A stretch of 64,000 nt of DNA from Bdellovibrionota bacterium. Its GTDB lineage: Bacteria > Bdellovibrionota_G > JALEGL01 > DATDPG01. Positions 1 through 10,546 of this stretch are shown piece by piece (the first letter of the stretch is position 1; each line of letters starts with the position of its first letter). A program made the translations under genes and the position numbers. The notes beneath the pieces were generated by a model, which saw only the letters and a program-made list of their open reading frames with translations, searched no databases and had not been told where the DNA came from. The stretch is from positions 32,001-96,000 of the forward strand of contig OY764265.1 in assembly GCA_963668355.1 (NCBI GenBank), given 5' to 3'.

Positions 1-63
1 ATTGGTGGATGACCGTCTCTTTCTTCTGCGCGGCCTTGGTTGGGAGTAGGTTAATATGAATCA

Positions 64-1137
64 TTAGTCACCCATCCTTCTCAATGCTAGCCCTACAGCC
101 ACCGCCGCCGCAGGTGCCACCTCTCTAATATGAGCCGCGTTGAACTTTTGTTCGTCCACATCCACGACCATAAACGGATCCGCAATTTCAACAGAGACGC
201 CCACTTTCGACTCAATCACACTGGGAAGTCCTGGAATTTTTGCGCTTCCGCCGGTTAAATAAATTTTTGAAATTCGATCATCCGTCGAAGAGGCCGCAAA
301 GAAGTCCAAAGATCTTTGGATCTCAGCCGCCATCGTCTCCGAAATGGATCGAATGATTCCACCAACTTCCTGTGGAATCACAGCCTCGGTCGTTTCCGAA
401 GGCCCACCCAATTCTCCGCCAAGCTTCAAAGATTCGGCTTCTTCATAGCTGACGTTCAACTGTTTCTGAATTTCTTCGGTGAACTGGTTTCCCCCCATGG
501 AAATGTCCCGCGTAAACGTCGACACACCATTTCGGAGAATGTTGATGTTGATGACGCTGGCTCCAATATTGGCCAACACAATGGTTTCTCCGTCCATCAT
601 GCCGTAATTCATCTCAAACATATTCTCTACCGCAAAAGCATCCACATCCATGATGAGTGGACTTAAACCGGCTTCCATGAGAACCGCTGTATAGTCATTG
701 ATCATGTCTTTTTTGGCTGCAACCAAAACGACTTCCATCTGCCCAACATCTTGTTCGTCATTTCCCAAGATTTGCACGTCCAAGTTCACGTCAGAAATGT
801 CAAATGGAATGTATTGTTCCGCTTCCCACTGAATTGATTCTTCCAACTCATCTTCTGTCATTTGAGGAAGTTTAATCTTTTTCACAATGACCGAATGTCC
901 ACACACAGAAGTGGCCACATCTTTTGTCTTCAATTTTTCCTGACTGATTGCTTCGATCAGTGCGTCCACGACCGCGTTTGAATTCATGATGGCGCCGTCC
1001 ACAATGGCCTCAGCTGGAAGAGGAACCATACGAAAATGAACAAGCTCGTAACCCTTTTTGGTTGGCTTGAGTTCAACCAACTTGATCGCACTCGAGCCGA
1101 TATCTATACCCACGACACTTTTCTTCTTGCCCAACAT
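64..1137 (-). CDS. pilM: Type IV pilus assembly protein PilM
   Basis: VGIDIGSSAIKLVEL actin/FtsA-like start, EAEQYIPF, NIGA and LTGGSA motifs, C-terminal AVGLALR. Confidence 0.95.
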   Translation of the reverse strand: MLGKKKSVVGIDIGSSAIKLVELKPTKKGYELVHFRMVPLPAEAIVDGAIMNSNAVVDALIEAISQEKLKTKDVATSVCGHSVIVKKIKLPQMTEDELEESIQWEAEQYIPFDISDVNLDVQILGNDEQDVGQMEVVLVAAKKDMINDYTAVLMEAGLSPLIMDVDAFAVENMFEMNYGMMDGETIVLANIGASVININILRNGVSTFTRDISMGGNQFTEEIQKQLNVSYEEAESLKLGGELGGPSETTEAVIPQEVGGIIRSISETMAAEIQRSLDFFAASSTDDRISKIYLTGGSAKIPGLPSVIESKVGVSVEIADPFMVVDVDEQKFNAAHIREVAPAAAVAVGLALRRMGD

Positions 1138-1142
1138 GCTGT

Positions 1143-1382
1143 CTAACCTCCGAACACCCTTTCTTTATCCGACAGATTCAGCCCCAGTGCCTTTATGATC
1201 TTTCTTTTTGTGGCCATTCGGCAAGCTTTTCCTTGTTCTACCCGATCCACGGTCAACACAGAAAGCCCTGCCGCTTTGGCAAGTTCTGCCTTACTCATCA
1301 AGAGTTGTTCACGCAGTTTGCGAACATTATTTGACGCCACTTTGGGCGTTCTTCGATCCCGAAGGCTTCTTTTCGGGCCCAT
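1143..1382 (-). CDS. XRE-family helix-turn-helix regulator upstream of pilM
   Basis: NNVRKLREQLLMSKAELAKAAGLSVLTVDRVEQG is an HTH_3 pattern; 5-nt gap to pilM; GAGAGG RBS. Confidence 0.85.
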   Translation of the reverse strand: MGPKRSLRDRRTPKVASNNVRKLREQLLMSKAELAKAAGLSVLTVDRVEQGKACRMATKRKIIKALGLNLSDKERVFGG

Positions 1383-1456
1383 ATCGATTACCTCTCTTGA
1401 TTGGGATTGTTAAAGTTCGAGGCAGACGCCTCATTGCACCCGCCAATCACGATCTC

Positions 1457-1527
1457 AGTTTATGAAATAAGAATATATAAAGTCAAGTTAGTGGAATATA
1501 TTTTAATATAATTAAGTTAAATTATAT
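1457..1527 (-). promoter_or_regulatory. Putative sigma70 promoter (TTGACT-N18-TAAACT) and AT-rich palindrome for the HTH-pilM operon
   Basis: -35 at 1481-1486 and -10 at 1457-1462 on minus strand; ATATAATT(1506-1513)-N6-AATTATAT(1520-1527). Confidence 0.45.
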
Positions 1528-1769
1528 GATAATTATTTTTCCCGCTCAATCTCGCAAGCAAGTTTCGCGTGCCCTTTTTAAACCGATTTCCGACCCGTTT
1601 TTTCGCAGCATGTCATCGCTTTTTGAGGGTAAAAATTTTTTTCATTTTTTTTGCGCCGATTTTGAAAAACCACAAAGCCGTTTTCATTTTCCTCTAAAAA
1701 ACCTCAAATTGATTTCCAAATGCCTATTATTACTTGACCCCTGTTCCTAGATTGTACGACCATAGCGAT

Positions 1770-2378
1770 ATGCCTGAATTATCATTTTGGGAGAAATTAA
1801 CCCGACGAAAACTTAAGAACTATTTGTTTTTGGATAAACGTTTGCAGTTCCACTTTGCGTTTCTCCTGGCTGCCATTGGTGCCATCAACGCGTTCTACTT
1901 CAGCACCTTGGTATACTTTTACACACAAGAGATTTATCAACGACTTCTCCCTCGTATTCCGGACTACGCATTGGATGCTGGAGATTTTGAATCTCAATAT
2001 CGGCTATTTCTAATGACCGTTATTTTTGTAACGCTCTTCGAAATCGTCCTTATCGTATTACTGGGTCTATTTTTCTCCCATCGAATCGCCGGCCCCCTCT
2101 ATGCCATGAGACAGAAGCTAAAGGAAATGGCGAAAGGAAGAATTCCAACTACGGTTCGGCTTCGCAAAAATGACCTTTTGCAAACATTTGCTGACGAAAT
2201 GAACGAGGTGTTGAGCACCTTGAGCCATCGCCGAGCTGAGGTGGAAACGGCCCTAAACGAAATAAACGCCGGGAATCATGAAGCTTGTAAACGTCGACTG
2301 GAAAAGCTCATGAGCACAGGAGAAGAACCTGGGACTTCTTCGCCAAGTGACGAGCTGCCGAAAGAATCATCCGACTAA
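1770..2378 (+). CDS. Two-TM membrane protein with HAMP domain
   Basis: Two hydrophobic helices, SHRIAGPLY...LRKNDLLQTFADEMN HAMP signature; ATG 1770 preferred over TTG 1734. Confidence 0.75.
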   Translation: MPELSFWEKLTRRKLKNYLFLDKRLQFHFAFLLAAIGAINAFYFSTLVYFYTQEIYQRLLPRIPDYALDAGDFESQYRLFLMTVIFVTLFEIVLIVLLGLFFSHRIAGPLYAMRQKLKEMAKGRIPTTVRLRKNDLLQTFADEMNEVLSTLSHRRAEVETALNEINAGNHEACKRRLEKLMSTGEEPGTSSPSDELPKESSD

Positions 2379-4071
2379 ACGAGCTTTCGCGCTCTTCTTG
2401 GATCATGTCCAAAATGAGTGGAAATTCATTCTGAGAGGCCAACATCTGCCAATACGTAAAGTGAATGGCAAATCTCACCTCTCGTTGTGTTTGTCCCTCT
2501 AAACCTTCCCAAGGAACAACCGTTCGATCAGATCGTACAAAACCTTTAATTTGGTCTCCCTGGATCTGGGCATCCAAGATTTTCTTACCGGTGATGGTCA
2601 TCAGATTCGCGACCATTCCCGCCTTAACCCTTCTCAACAATAGCCCAGGCGTCATATTCAAAGTTTGAGACAAGCAGAACAAAAGCGTTTGAATTTCGCT
2701 AGACGTCGGGGTGGTCTCCTCGTCGAGACCAACTTGACCTTGGTCAGCCCGAAGCAACATTTGGATCTGACTGATTTCACGATCAATCGAATTCGGATCC
2801 ATGGAAACCGGAGGTATATCCGCCAACCTAGATTCAATGCCCTGAACTTGATCTTCGATTTGGGCTTTTCTTTCTTGAAGGCTTTTTTCGGGAACCTCCG
2901 TCGATACTTCTTTCCATTCTCGGGTCGCATCTTCCAAATTCTTTTTATAAATTTCTCGACTTTCCAACACGGCTTCCAACTCTTCAAAATCAGAAACACC
3001 CACTTCTTCGCAAACATTTTGAAATGAGGCACTCTCCACTTCATGGCGTTTTTCAAAATCCGCCCGCTCTTCATCAATTTCTTTCATTTTCTTGCGAGCT
3101 TCGGAAAGTTTTTCCAAACGTTTCAAACCCACCCAGACCCCTCCGACAATCGCCAAGAGTCCCAAGATACAAACCGGCAACCACACAACCATCCAATCAC
3201 GTTGAAGTGATGTCCCCACAAAACCCACCAAAGCCACAGTGACGCCAATCGCACTCGTCGGTTCTTGCCAAAAAGGACGATCTGGAATCATTTGAATTTC
3301 GTCTTTTTTGGCAACGATGCGTGCCTCAAAATCTTCCAAGGTATCTCGATACTTTTCCTCCAACCTCGGAAAATTTTTCATTTGAGCCACAACTTCGGGC
3401 GTCAAAAACCCTTCACGATCGTACTTCAAGTATGGACGGTAATCTTTCTGGGCTTGTTTTAATTTTTCCCTCGGACCTTCGAGTTTTCTTAGTTTTTCTT
3501 CGGTTTCAAACAACTCGTTTTGCAGACTGTTTAGTTCTTCTTCCAGGCGAGTGATTTTCTCAATATTCTCTTTCTCATCTTGCAAACCTTTCAAACGAGA
3601 AACTTGGTCCTCATCTTTCGGAATCGTGGCTAAAGGGTCCTTGGAATTCTCTGGTTCACCCAATACAGAAGAAAACACCAAAAAATTGTGAAAGACCTTC
3701 CGAGAAGGAACCTTTGCAGAGCGTAAAAGTGTTTCCGTAATGAAACGAGGCTCTGAAGACAACTCTCGGAACTGATCCTTGGTTCCCTTTTGCAATTGAG
3801 AAAGAAAAAGTTTTTTTTGAGGATAGTCTCGAATCAAACGATAGACACAATCCCTGGCCTCAAACGTCATCCCCACTCGTTTCGACTTCCCAGGGCCCAG
3901 TGGAATGTCTTGCCGAAGCGTTGGGTAGAAGAGATCAGAAATAACATCCACCAGATGGCGCAAAGGAAAGGACCCCTTCTGCTGCCAAGGATTGAAACCC
4001 GCCTGAACTGGATAGCGCAGAACACCCTTTGTGGAGGGAATACCTTCTACCAAAACCTCGATTAAACGCAT
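2308..4071 (-). CDS. SMC/YhaN-like coiled-coil membrane protein with degenerate ABC-ATPase motifs
   Basis: Long coiled coils flanking a central TM hairpin; C-terminal LEGQTQ...FPLILD resembles signature/Walker B; no Walker A seen. Confidence 0.6.
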   Translation of the reverse strand: MRLIEVLVEGIPSTKGVLRYPVQAGFNPWQQKGSFPLRHLVDVISDLFYPTLRQDIPLGPGKSKRVGMTFEARDCVYRLIRDYPQKKLFLSQLQKGTKDQFRELSSEPRFITETLLRSAKVPSRKVFHNFLVFSSVLGEPENSKDPLATIPKDEDQVSRLKGLQDEKENIEKITRLEEELNSLQNELFETEEKLRKLEGPREKLKQAQKDYRPYLKYDREGFLTPEVVAQMKNFPRLEEKYRDTLEDFEARIVAKKDEIQMIPDRPFWQEPTSAIGVTVALVGFVGTSLQRDWMVVWLPVCILGLLAIVGGVWVGLKRLEKLSEARKKMKEIDEERADFEKRHEVESASFQNVCEEVGVSDFEELEAVLESREIYKKNLEDATREWKEVSTEVPEKSLQERKAQIEDQVQGIESRLADIPPVSMDPNSIDREISQIQMLLRADQGQVGLDEETTPTSSEIQTLLFCLSQTLNMTPGLLLRRVKAGMVANLMTITGKKILDAQIQGDQIKGFVRSDRTVVPWEGLEGQTQREVRFAIHFTYWQMLASQNEFPLILDMIQEERESSFSRMILSAARHLAKKSQVLLLCS

Positions 4072-4096
4072 AAACGAGGCCAGAGTTTATCTGATT

Positions 4097-4588
4097 TTAT
4101 GCGCGAGGTCTTGCTTCAGACGCATTGGATGTCTGGGAATTGGAAACGGGCTCAGAAGCGGACTCTCCGTCACTAGCTTCTTCCGTGGCCAAAGCATCTT
4201 GGTTCGCTTCATCTTCGACAGGCTCTTGATATTCCATGGACTCATTTCGAGAACCTTTTTCTACCGTAGCGTCTTTTCCTCGGCGGCCTCTCAAGAAATA
4301 CAATCGGCCCCGTCGAACTTTTCCGTGTTGAACAACCTCCACCTTTTCGATGGCCGGGCTTTGAAACGGAAATACTCGTTCAACTCCAATTCCATACGAA
4401 AGCTTGCGAACCGTGAAGCTCGCTCCCTCGTTTCCTCGTTTTCGCTTGATTACGATTCCCTGGTAAACCTGGATGCGCTCTTTTTCGCCTTCGCGAATCT
4501 TCACATGAACCTTAATCGTATCGCCCACTCTAAAATTCGGAAAAACTCGTTTCTTTTCCAATCCGCTCATAATGTCTTTGGTCATCAT
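4097..4588 (-). CDS. rplS: 50S ribosomal protein L19 with acidic C-terminal tail
   Basis: [52 protein letters not shown] at 4595-4600. Confidence 0.97.
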   Translation of the reverse strand: MMTKDIMSGLEKKRVFPNFRVGDTIKVHVKIREGEKERIQVYQGIVIKRKRGNEGASFTVRKLSYGIGVERVFPFQSPAIEKVEVVQHGKVRRGRLYFLRGRRGKDATVEKGSRNESMEYQEPVEDEANQDALATEEASDGESASEPVSNSQTSNASEARPRA

Positions 4589-4608
4589 TTCCATCACCTC
4601 GTTTTTTC

Positions 4609-5286
4609 TCAAACGCTTCCTAACAAATCAGGTCGTCGCACTTTTGTTTTTTCCAATGCCGCACTCTTGCGCCATTGCTCAATCTTCGCATGGTCTCCCG
4701 AAAGCAATGCTTCAGGGACAGATCTGCCCCGAAACTCACTTGGCCGGGTATATTGCGGGTACTTCAACCCCCCGTCAACAAACGAATCCGTTGTTACGGA
4801 TTCATAATCTCCAACCACTCCTGGAATCAACCTTCCGGTCGTCTCCATCAGGACAGCTGCTGGAAGTTCGCCTCCAGACAACACATAATCACCTATGGAA
4901 AACATTTCATCCACCCAACCATCCACAAAACGTTCATCCACGCCTTCATAGCGCCCTGCCACAATGATGAGTTGAGGAATCTCGGCCAACTCGTTTGCCC
5001 AGGCATGTGTCAGCTGCCGCCCTTGGGGCGAGGCATATAGCACTTTTGCTCCTGCCTGGCGAGGGATTGATTCCACGGCTTTGGCCAAGGGTTCAACCTT
5101 CAAAACCATTCCCGGCCCCCCTCCATAAGGAGCATCGTCAACGGTTCTGTGACGATCATCTGCAAAATTTCGCAGATCATGCGCCTGAAATTCAATCAAT
5201 CCTTTATCCAAGGCACGATTCCAAATTTGACTCACACGCATGGAGTCAAAAAACTCAGGGAAAATGGTGACCACGTCAAAACGCAT
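4609..5286 (-). CDS. trmD: tRNA (guanine-N1)-methyltransferase
   Basis: [43 protein letters not shown]; operon position. Confidence 0.97.
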   Translation of the reverse strand: MRFDVVTIFPEFFDSMRVSQIWNRALDKGLIEFQAHDLRNFADDRHRTVDDAPYGGGPGMVLKVEPLAKAVESIPRQAGAKVLYASPQGRQLTHAWANELAEIPQLIIVAGRYEGVDERFVDGWVDEMFSIGDYVLSGGELPAAVLMETTGRLIPGVVGDYESVTTDSFVDGGLKYPQYTRPSEFRGRSVPEALLSGDHAKIEQWRKSAALEKTKVRRPDLLGSV

Positions 5287-5806
5287 TGACCACCTCCGGC
5301 GGATCCACCGTAATTTTTCCACCATCCAAGTCGATCTGCTTGATGACTCCGGGGATCACGGGCAAGAGAACCTCTCCCTTATCACCATCCACAACATAGA
5401 TATCATTTGATGCCGTGGCCATGACATCCACCAAAACACCCAATCGTTTTCCTTGAGAGTCTTTGACTTCGAGCCCAATCATGTCACAAACGTAGAACTC
5501 CCCCTCTTCCGTTTCTGGGAACTCATCTCTGGAAACAAACAGTTCGCTCCCCGTGAGAGATTCGGCTTCATCACGGGTTGAAGCATGAGCAAAACGCACG
5601 ACATATCGAGAGTTTTGCTCCAAAACCTGAAGCAATTCCATCGACTTGGCCTGTTTTGGATCCTTTCCCACCAAAACTTCGGAGCCTTCGTTCAAAAGGG
5701 AGGTTTCTGGATTGTACATCTCCACAAACACGTGCCCTTTGAGCCCTTTGGCTCTCCCCAATCGCCCAACCGCGATGGGAATGTCTTTATTTGGCTTTTC
5801 GCTCAA
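5276..5806 (-). CDS. rimM: 16S rRNA processing protein RimM
   Basis: VGRLGRAKGLKG, EGEFYVCDMIGL, ASNDIYVV, VLLP; operon position. Confidence 0.95.
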   Translation of the reverse strand: MSEKPNKDIPIAVGRLGRAKGLKGHVFVEMYNPETSLLNEGSEVLVGKDPKQAKSMELLQVLEQNSRYVVRFAHASTRDEAESLTGSELFVSRDEFPETEEGEFYVCDMIGLEVKDSQGKRLGVLVDVMATASNDIYVVDGDKGEVLLPVIPGVIKQIDLDGGKITVDPPEVVNAF

Positions 5807-6033
5807 TTCACAATCTCCAACAGAACTCTTCGCTCTGCACTCACGCTCGCTGCGCCCAAAACCGTTCGAATGGCTTTGGCGGTCTTTCCGCCTCGTCCAA
5901 TCACTTTTCCAAGATCTTCGTCATTCACCCGAAGTTCAAAGACCGTCGTACGTTCTCCAGAGATCTCAGAGACTTCAACGTCATCGGGATGATCCACGAG
6001 TCGTGTGACAATATACGTAACCAACTCTTTCAT
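5803..6033 (-). CDS. khpA: KH-domain RNA-binding protein (KhpA/YlqC)
   Basis: DLGKVIGRGGKTAKAIRT; lies between rpsP and rimM. Confidence 0.95.
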   Translation of the reverse strand: MKELVTYIVTRLVDHPDDVEVSEISGERTTVFELRVNDEDLGKVIGRGGKTAKAIRTVLGAASVSAERRVLLEIVN

Positions 6034-6045
6034 GAGATTGATCCT

Positions 6046-6324
6046 TTACGCTTCCGCTTTTTCATCTTTCGAAGGTTCCAGAACAGATTTGGGAGCCTTC
6101 TCAATGATTTTTGCAACCGTTTGGGTAGGAAGCGCACCCTGTTTCAACCAATAAGAAACGCGTTCTTGCTTCAAATTGATCGCGGTGGGTTCCTTTGTAG
6201 GATCGTAGGTACCTACCGTCTCAATCACACGCCCATCGCGGGGGGACCGTTCATCCGCAATCACCACACGGTACGAAGGACTCTTTTTTTTGCCAGTTCT
6301 GGCTAATCGAATTTTCACAGACAT
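6046..6324 (-). CDS. rpsP: 30S ribosomal protein S16
   Basis: [31 protein letters not shown]. Confidence 0.98.
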   Translation of the reverse strand: MSVKIRLARTGKKKSPSYRVVIADERSPRDGRVIETVGTYDPTKEPTAINLKQERVSYWLKQGALPTQTVAKIIEKAPKSVLEPSKDEKAEA

Positions 6325-6347
6325 GGTTATTTTTCTCCTGTGTACAC

Positions 6348-7694
6348 TTATGAAAGAAAGGGATTCATTCCCCCTCTTTGAAATCCTCTTGGCCCCATTT
6401 TTCCGAGCGATGACATCATCTTCTTGGCCTGAAGGAATTGTTTCAAAAATCGGTTTACATCTGCCACGGACGTTCCACTTCCATGAGCGATTCGTTGACG
6501 ACGACTACCATCCAAAATCTTGGGTCGTTGTTTCTCCGTGACCGTCATCGAGTTAATGATGGCTTCAACACGTGCGATTTCCTTTTCAGGCATCGCCCCG
6601 GCCATCATCTTCTTTAATTTTCCACCACCCGGCATCATTCCCAGAAGATTTTCCATGGATCCCATCTTCTGGAAAGCTTTCAACTGGTCTTGAAAGTCCT
6701 CAATGGTGAATTCCTGCTTACGAATTTTCTTCGCTAATTTTTCGGCTTGTTTGACATCAACGACTTCCTGGGCCTTTTCAACAAAAGATACAACGTCTCC
6801 CATTCCCAGAATTCGAGAAGCCATACGGTCGGGATGCAAGACCTCCAACCCTTCCATTTTTTCGCCTGTACCGACGAAAAAGATGGGCTTTCCGGTCGCC
6901 AAACATACCGAAAGAGCTGCACCTCCACGGGCGTCGCCGTCTAACTTCGTAACGATCACACCGTCAAAATCGATTCGCTCTTGAAAGGCCTCCGCAGCTC
7001 TAACTGCATCTTGCCCAACCATGGAATCCAATACGTACAGGACCAAATCCGGTTGAGTTTCCTTTTGAATGGCTTCCAATTCTTGCATGATGGGCTCATC
7101 CACATGCAAGCGGCCTGCGGTATCCACGATCACACAATTGGCCGCCACTTCTCTCATGGCCACGGCCTTCATGGCAGCCTTGCAGACCTTTACAGGATCA
7201 TCCTCTCTGGAGGAAAACACCTGTAATCCATTTTCTTTCCCCAATTGTTCCAGCTGTTCTCTCGCAGCTGGTCGCCGTGTATCCGCGGGGATCAACAAAG
7301 GTCTTTCGTGCCGTTGGTCTCGAAGGTGCTTGGCCAATTTAGCAGCGGTCGTCGTTTTTCCGGAACCTTGCAAGCCGGCCAAGAGAATCACCAAGGGACG
7401 GCCCGTGACTTTCGGGACTTCCGTGGTTTGTCCGCCCAAGATTCGAATCAATTCATCATTTAAGATTTTGATGAATTGTTGGTCCGGATTGACTTTGGTG
7501 AGAACTTCCTCTCCCAAAGCTTTTTCACGAACGGAATCGATGAACGACTGGACGACGCGGTATTGAACGTCAGCTTCCAAGAGGCTTGAACGCACCTCTG
7601 CCAAAGCCTCCTGAATATTGGATTCACGGATTTTCCCTTGCCCTCTTAAATCTTTGAAGGCCCGTTCAAAACGTTCTTGTAACCGGTCAAACAC
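6348..7694 (-). CDS. ffh: Signal recognition particle protein Ffh
   Basis: [24 protein letters not shown], Met-rich M domain. Confidence 0.98.
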   Translation of the reverse strand: MFDRLQERFERAFKDLRGQGKIRESNIQEALAEVRSSLLEADVQYRVVQSFIDSVREKALGEEVLTKVNPDQQFIKILNDELIRILGGQTTEVPKVTGRPLVILLAGLQGSGKTTTAAKLAKHLRDQRHERPLLIPADTRRPAAREQLEQLGKENGLQVFSSREDDPVKVCKAAMKAVAMREVAANCVIVDTAGRLHVDEPIMQELEAIQKETQPDLVLYVLDSMVGQDAVRAAEAFQERIDFDGVIVTKLDGDARGGAALSVCLATGKPIFFVGTGEKMEGLEVLHPDRMASRILGMGDVVSFVEKAQEVVDVKQAEKLAKKIRKQEFTIEDFQDQLKAFQKMGSMENLLGMMPGGGKLKKMMAGAMPEKEIARVEAIINSMTVTEKQRPKILDGSRRQRIAHGSGTSVADVNRFLKQFLQAKKMMSSLGKMGPRGFQRGGMNPFLS

Positions 7695-7869
7695 TGCTAA
7701 CTACCTGTAATTACAGTAAATACCCCTAACCCCGTCGGGCCAGGGAAGCGCGCGTATATAGTACAGACCACCCAGCCATGTCAACCGCCAAAAAATAGGA
7801 CAAGTCCTATGGATTATTCGGGTTTTCGGGCCCTTTTTCGGAGAAGCCCCCATGCTGCGCGATGGATTT

Positions 7870-8058
7870 TCAAAAAACAAATTCGATGTAAATGATCGAA
7901 ACCAGAATGCAGATCGCAATCAGAAGCGTCAATGCAGTTCCGGAAATCCAATACACCTTTTTGAGGGAGGATCGTCCAATGAAAACCATTCCCATCAGAA
8001 TAAACACCACCACAAGCAACGCGATCGAAATCGCACCCAACCATTGATACATCGTCAT
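7870..8058 (-). CDS. Small two-TM membrane protein
   Basis: 62 aa, two hydrophobic helices; start overlaps the phoH stop by 4 nt. Confidence 0.6.
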   Translation of the reverse strand: MTMYQWLGAISIALLVVVFILMGMVFIGRSSLKKVYWISGTALTLLIAICILVSIIYIEFVF

Positions 8059-9383
8059 AAGATATTCGAGGCGAGTTCAGCCAACTCAGAACGCTCACCT
8101 TTGGAAAGGGTCACATGACCCGACATGCGTTCCTCTTTAAACCGTTCGACAATGAAGGTTAAACCATTGCTGGAAGAATCCACATACGGATTATCAATTT
8201 GATGAGGATCTCCAGTGATCACAATCTTTGTGTTGTTTCCCACACGGGTGATGATCGTCTTGATCTCATGAGGCGTGAGATTCTGTGCCTCATCCACGAT
8301 CAAAAACTGATTGGGAATGGATCGACCTCGAATGTATGTCAAGGGCTCGATCGCCAGAAGCCCCATATTGATGAGTTCTTTGTACCCATAGCGATTCCCG
8401 GTTCGCTTTTTTTCCTTGCTGGCACTTCCCATCAACAATTCAACATTATCGTAAATGGGCTGCATCCATGGATTGAGTTTTTCTTCCAAATCTCCCGGCA
8501 AAAATCCGAGATCTCTTCCCAGAGGGAAAACGGGCCTGGAAACCAAGAGTCGGTGATACACACTTTCATCACCAACTTTTGCCAGTCCCGCAGCAATCGC
8601 CAACAAGGTTTTTCCCGTACCCGCCTTTCCCACCAATGTAACCAGTCGAACGCTGTCATCCAGCAGAAGATCAAAAGCAAACGTCTGCTCCAGGTTTCGA
8701 GGGTAAATGCCCCAAACGGATTTTTTTAAACCCCTTAATTTATGTACTTTTTCTAAGTCCGCCGATTCCCGAGCCAAGATCGACTGGCTCGAGCCGTCTT
8801 CACTTCGAATGCAGAGCAACTCATTTGGATAGAGGGACAATCCTTCCCGAGGAGCCTCTCCCTTTCTGGCCAGCAAATCCAATCTCTCCGGAGACCAGGT
8901 AACTTCCTTCCAGCCCATATAAAGTTCGTCAATGGACATGGCCGTGGGTTCGTAGTCAAATGCCGAAATCCCCAACGCATCAGCACGAATTCGAAGGTTG
9001 GTGTCCTTGGTCAAGAAAAATACCGGTCGACCTTCACCACGTTCCTTGAGTTCCAAGGCAACCGAAAGAATGGTCAGGTCGGCTTTTCGTTTTGACTGAA
9101 GTGCCGGAGCGTACGGAACGCCCTTTCCGGACCCCAAGTAAACCTGGAGGGTGCCTCCGGAATCCAGCTGAACCCCTTGAGACAAACTCCCTCTCTCGCG
9201 CAAACCATCTAAAATTCGAGATACTTGACGTGCGTTCCGCCCAGTCTCGTTCTCATCCTTCTTAAAATTATCGACCTCTTCGATGACCGTGATGGGAATC
9301 ACAACCAAATTGTCGTCAAATTTAAAAATGGCCCGAGGATCAAAAAGAAGAACATTTGTATCTAAAATATATGTTTTCTGCAT
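8055..9383 (-). CDS. PIN-PhoH family protein (PhoH2-like)
   Basis: PIN ILDTNVLL and TKDTNLRI; P-loop GKAGTGKT; LGFLPG, YIRGRS, DEAQN, GDPHQID. Confidence 0.93.
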   Translation of the reverse strand: MQKTYILDTNVLLFDPRAIFKFDDNLVVIPITVIEEVDNFKKDENETGRNARQVSRILDGLRERGSLSQGVQLDSGGTLQVYLGSGKGVPYAPALQSKRKADLTILSVALELKERGEGRPVFFLTKDTNLRIRADALGISAFDYEPTAMSIDELYMGWKEVTWSPERLDLLARKGEAPREGLSLYPNELLCIRSEDGSSQSILARESADLEKVHKLRGLKKSVWGIYPRNLEQTFAFDLLLDDSVRLVTLVGKAGTGKTLLAIAAGLAKVGDESVYHRLLVSRPVFPLGRDLGFLPGDLEEKLNPWMQPIYDNVELLMGSASKEKKRTGNRYGYKELINMGLLAIEPLTYIRGRSIPNQFLIVDEAQNLTPHEIKTIITRVGNNTKIVITGDPHQIDNPYVDSSSNGLTFIVERFKEERMSGHVTLSKGERSELAELASNIL

Positions 9384-9454
9384 GAGTTCTCTTCTCTATA
9401 TCGCTAACGAAGCTTCCATAGAAGCGAATATTTGCATAACGTAGCAATTAAACC

Positions 9455-10546
9455 ATGATTCAAAAAATGTTACAGCCCGCACGACTCCTCAAAGGGGTTG
9501 AAATACTTCTTGCTGCTCAGCACAAATCCCTTTCACGTGCGCCGCAAAAAATGAAAGGAGACGCCTCCACACGTCAATATTTTCGAATCTTCTCCGAAGA
9601 CACTTCATTCATTGCGATGCTTCTTCCCGAGCAGCGTATGGGATATGGCGCCGAAGAAATCACCAAAACATCCCGAGACATCTCCGAACTGCCCTTCATC
9701 GATGTCCAAAGGTACCTTAAACAAAAGGGTGTTCGTGTCCCTCAAATATTTGGATACGAAGAAAAACTTGGTGTTCTTCTCTTGGAAGACCTTGGAGACC
9801 GGCTCCTTTTGGATTTCGCCAAGAGTGAGAATCCTGAAAACATTCAATTTCACTACGAACATGCCTTGGAAGAGTTGTTAAAACTTTCTATCGTCCCGGA
9901 GACGACTGATCGTAAGGATTCCATTCTATTTGCGCGACGCTTCGATGAAGATTTATACAACCTCGAATTTCTTCATTTCATCGAATACGGACTGGACAGA
10001 AATCTCCAAACGCCTCTCTCCCCCAAGGACCGAAATCTGATTTTTGAAGAGCTGAAAAAACTGACCGACTTTTACATTTCCATGGATCTGGTTGTGTGTC
10101 ATCGGGACTACCACAGCCGAAATCTTTTGGTTTTAAATCAGAAAGAAAAGATTGGGGTCATTGATTTTCAGGATGCCCTACTCGCACCTTTGTTCTACGA
10201 CTTGGCTTCTCTGCTTCGAGACTCCTACTATACCTTAAACCCAACCATGCAGAATGAACTCCTGGAACACCACAGAACCTCCATTTTGAGTCAGGGGTTC
10301 AAAAACACAGATACTCAAGAAACCTTTCGAAGGGCCTTTGACTTCATGGGCATTCACAGAAACCTCAAAGCGGCGGGTCGATTTTGTTTTTTTGACATCG
10401 AGAAGAACAATCCAAACTATCTCCCGGACGTCCCACGAACATTAAACTATGTTCAAGAAACACTGGACCGATACGAAGAATTAAACACTTTGAAAAATCT
10501 CTTATCCAATCCTTTTCAAGAAATATCGGAAAGATGTCACAGCTAA
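9455..10546 (+). CDS. amgK: MurNAc/GlcNAc anomeric kinase (APH fold)
   Basis: GDASTRQYFR, LLEDLGD, HRDYHSRNL, IDFQDA, YDLASLLRD, RNLKAAGRF; followed by a nucleotidyltransferase. Confidence 0.85.
   Translation: MIQKMLQPARLLKGVEILLAAQHKSLSRAPQKMKGDASTRQYFRIFSEDTSFIAMLLPEQRMGYGAEEITKTSRDISELPFIDVQRYLKQKGVRVPQIFGYEEKLGVLLLEDLGDRLLLDFAKSENPENIQFHYEHALEELLKLSIVPETTDRKDSILFARRFDEDLYNLEFLHFIEYGLDRNLQTPLSPKDRNLIFEELKKLTDFYISMDLVVCHRDYHSRNLLVLNQKEKIGVIDFQDALLAPLFYDLASLLRDSYYTLNPTMQNELLEHHRTSILSQGFKNTDTQETFRRAFDFMGIHRNLKAAGRFCFFDIEKNNPNYLPDVPRTLNYVQETLDRYEELNTLKNLLSNPFQEISERCHS

Noticed and set aside
4031..4807. 258-aa plus-strand ORF and similar antisense ORFs throughout
   Set aside because: Shadows of well-supported genes on the opposite strand
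7695..7860. SRP RNA upstream of ffh
   Set aside because: No TCAGG..GGAA..AGCAG helix-8 motif on either strand
8055..9383. Toxin-antitoxin system around PIN-PhoH
   Set aside because: No upstream antitoxin ORF; the downstream small gene is a membrane protein
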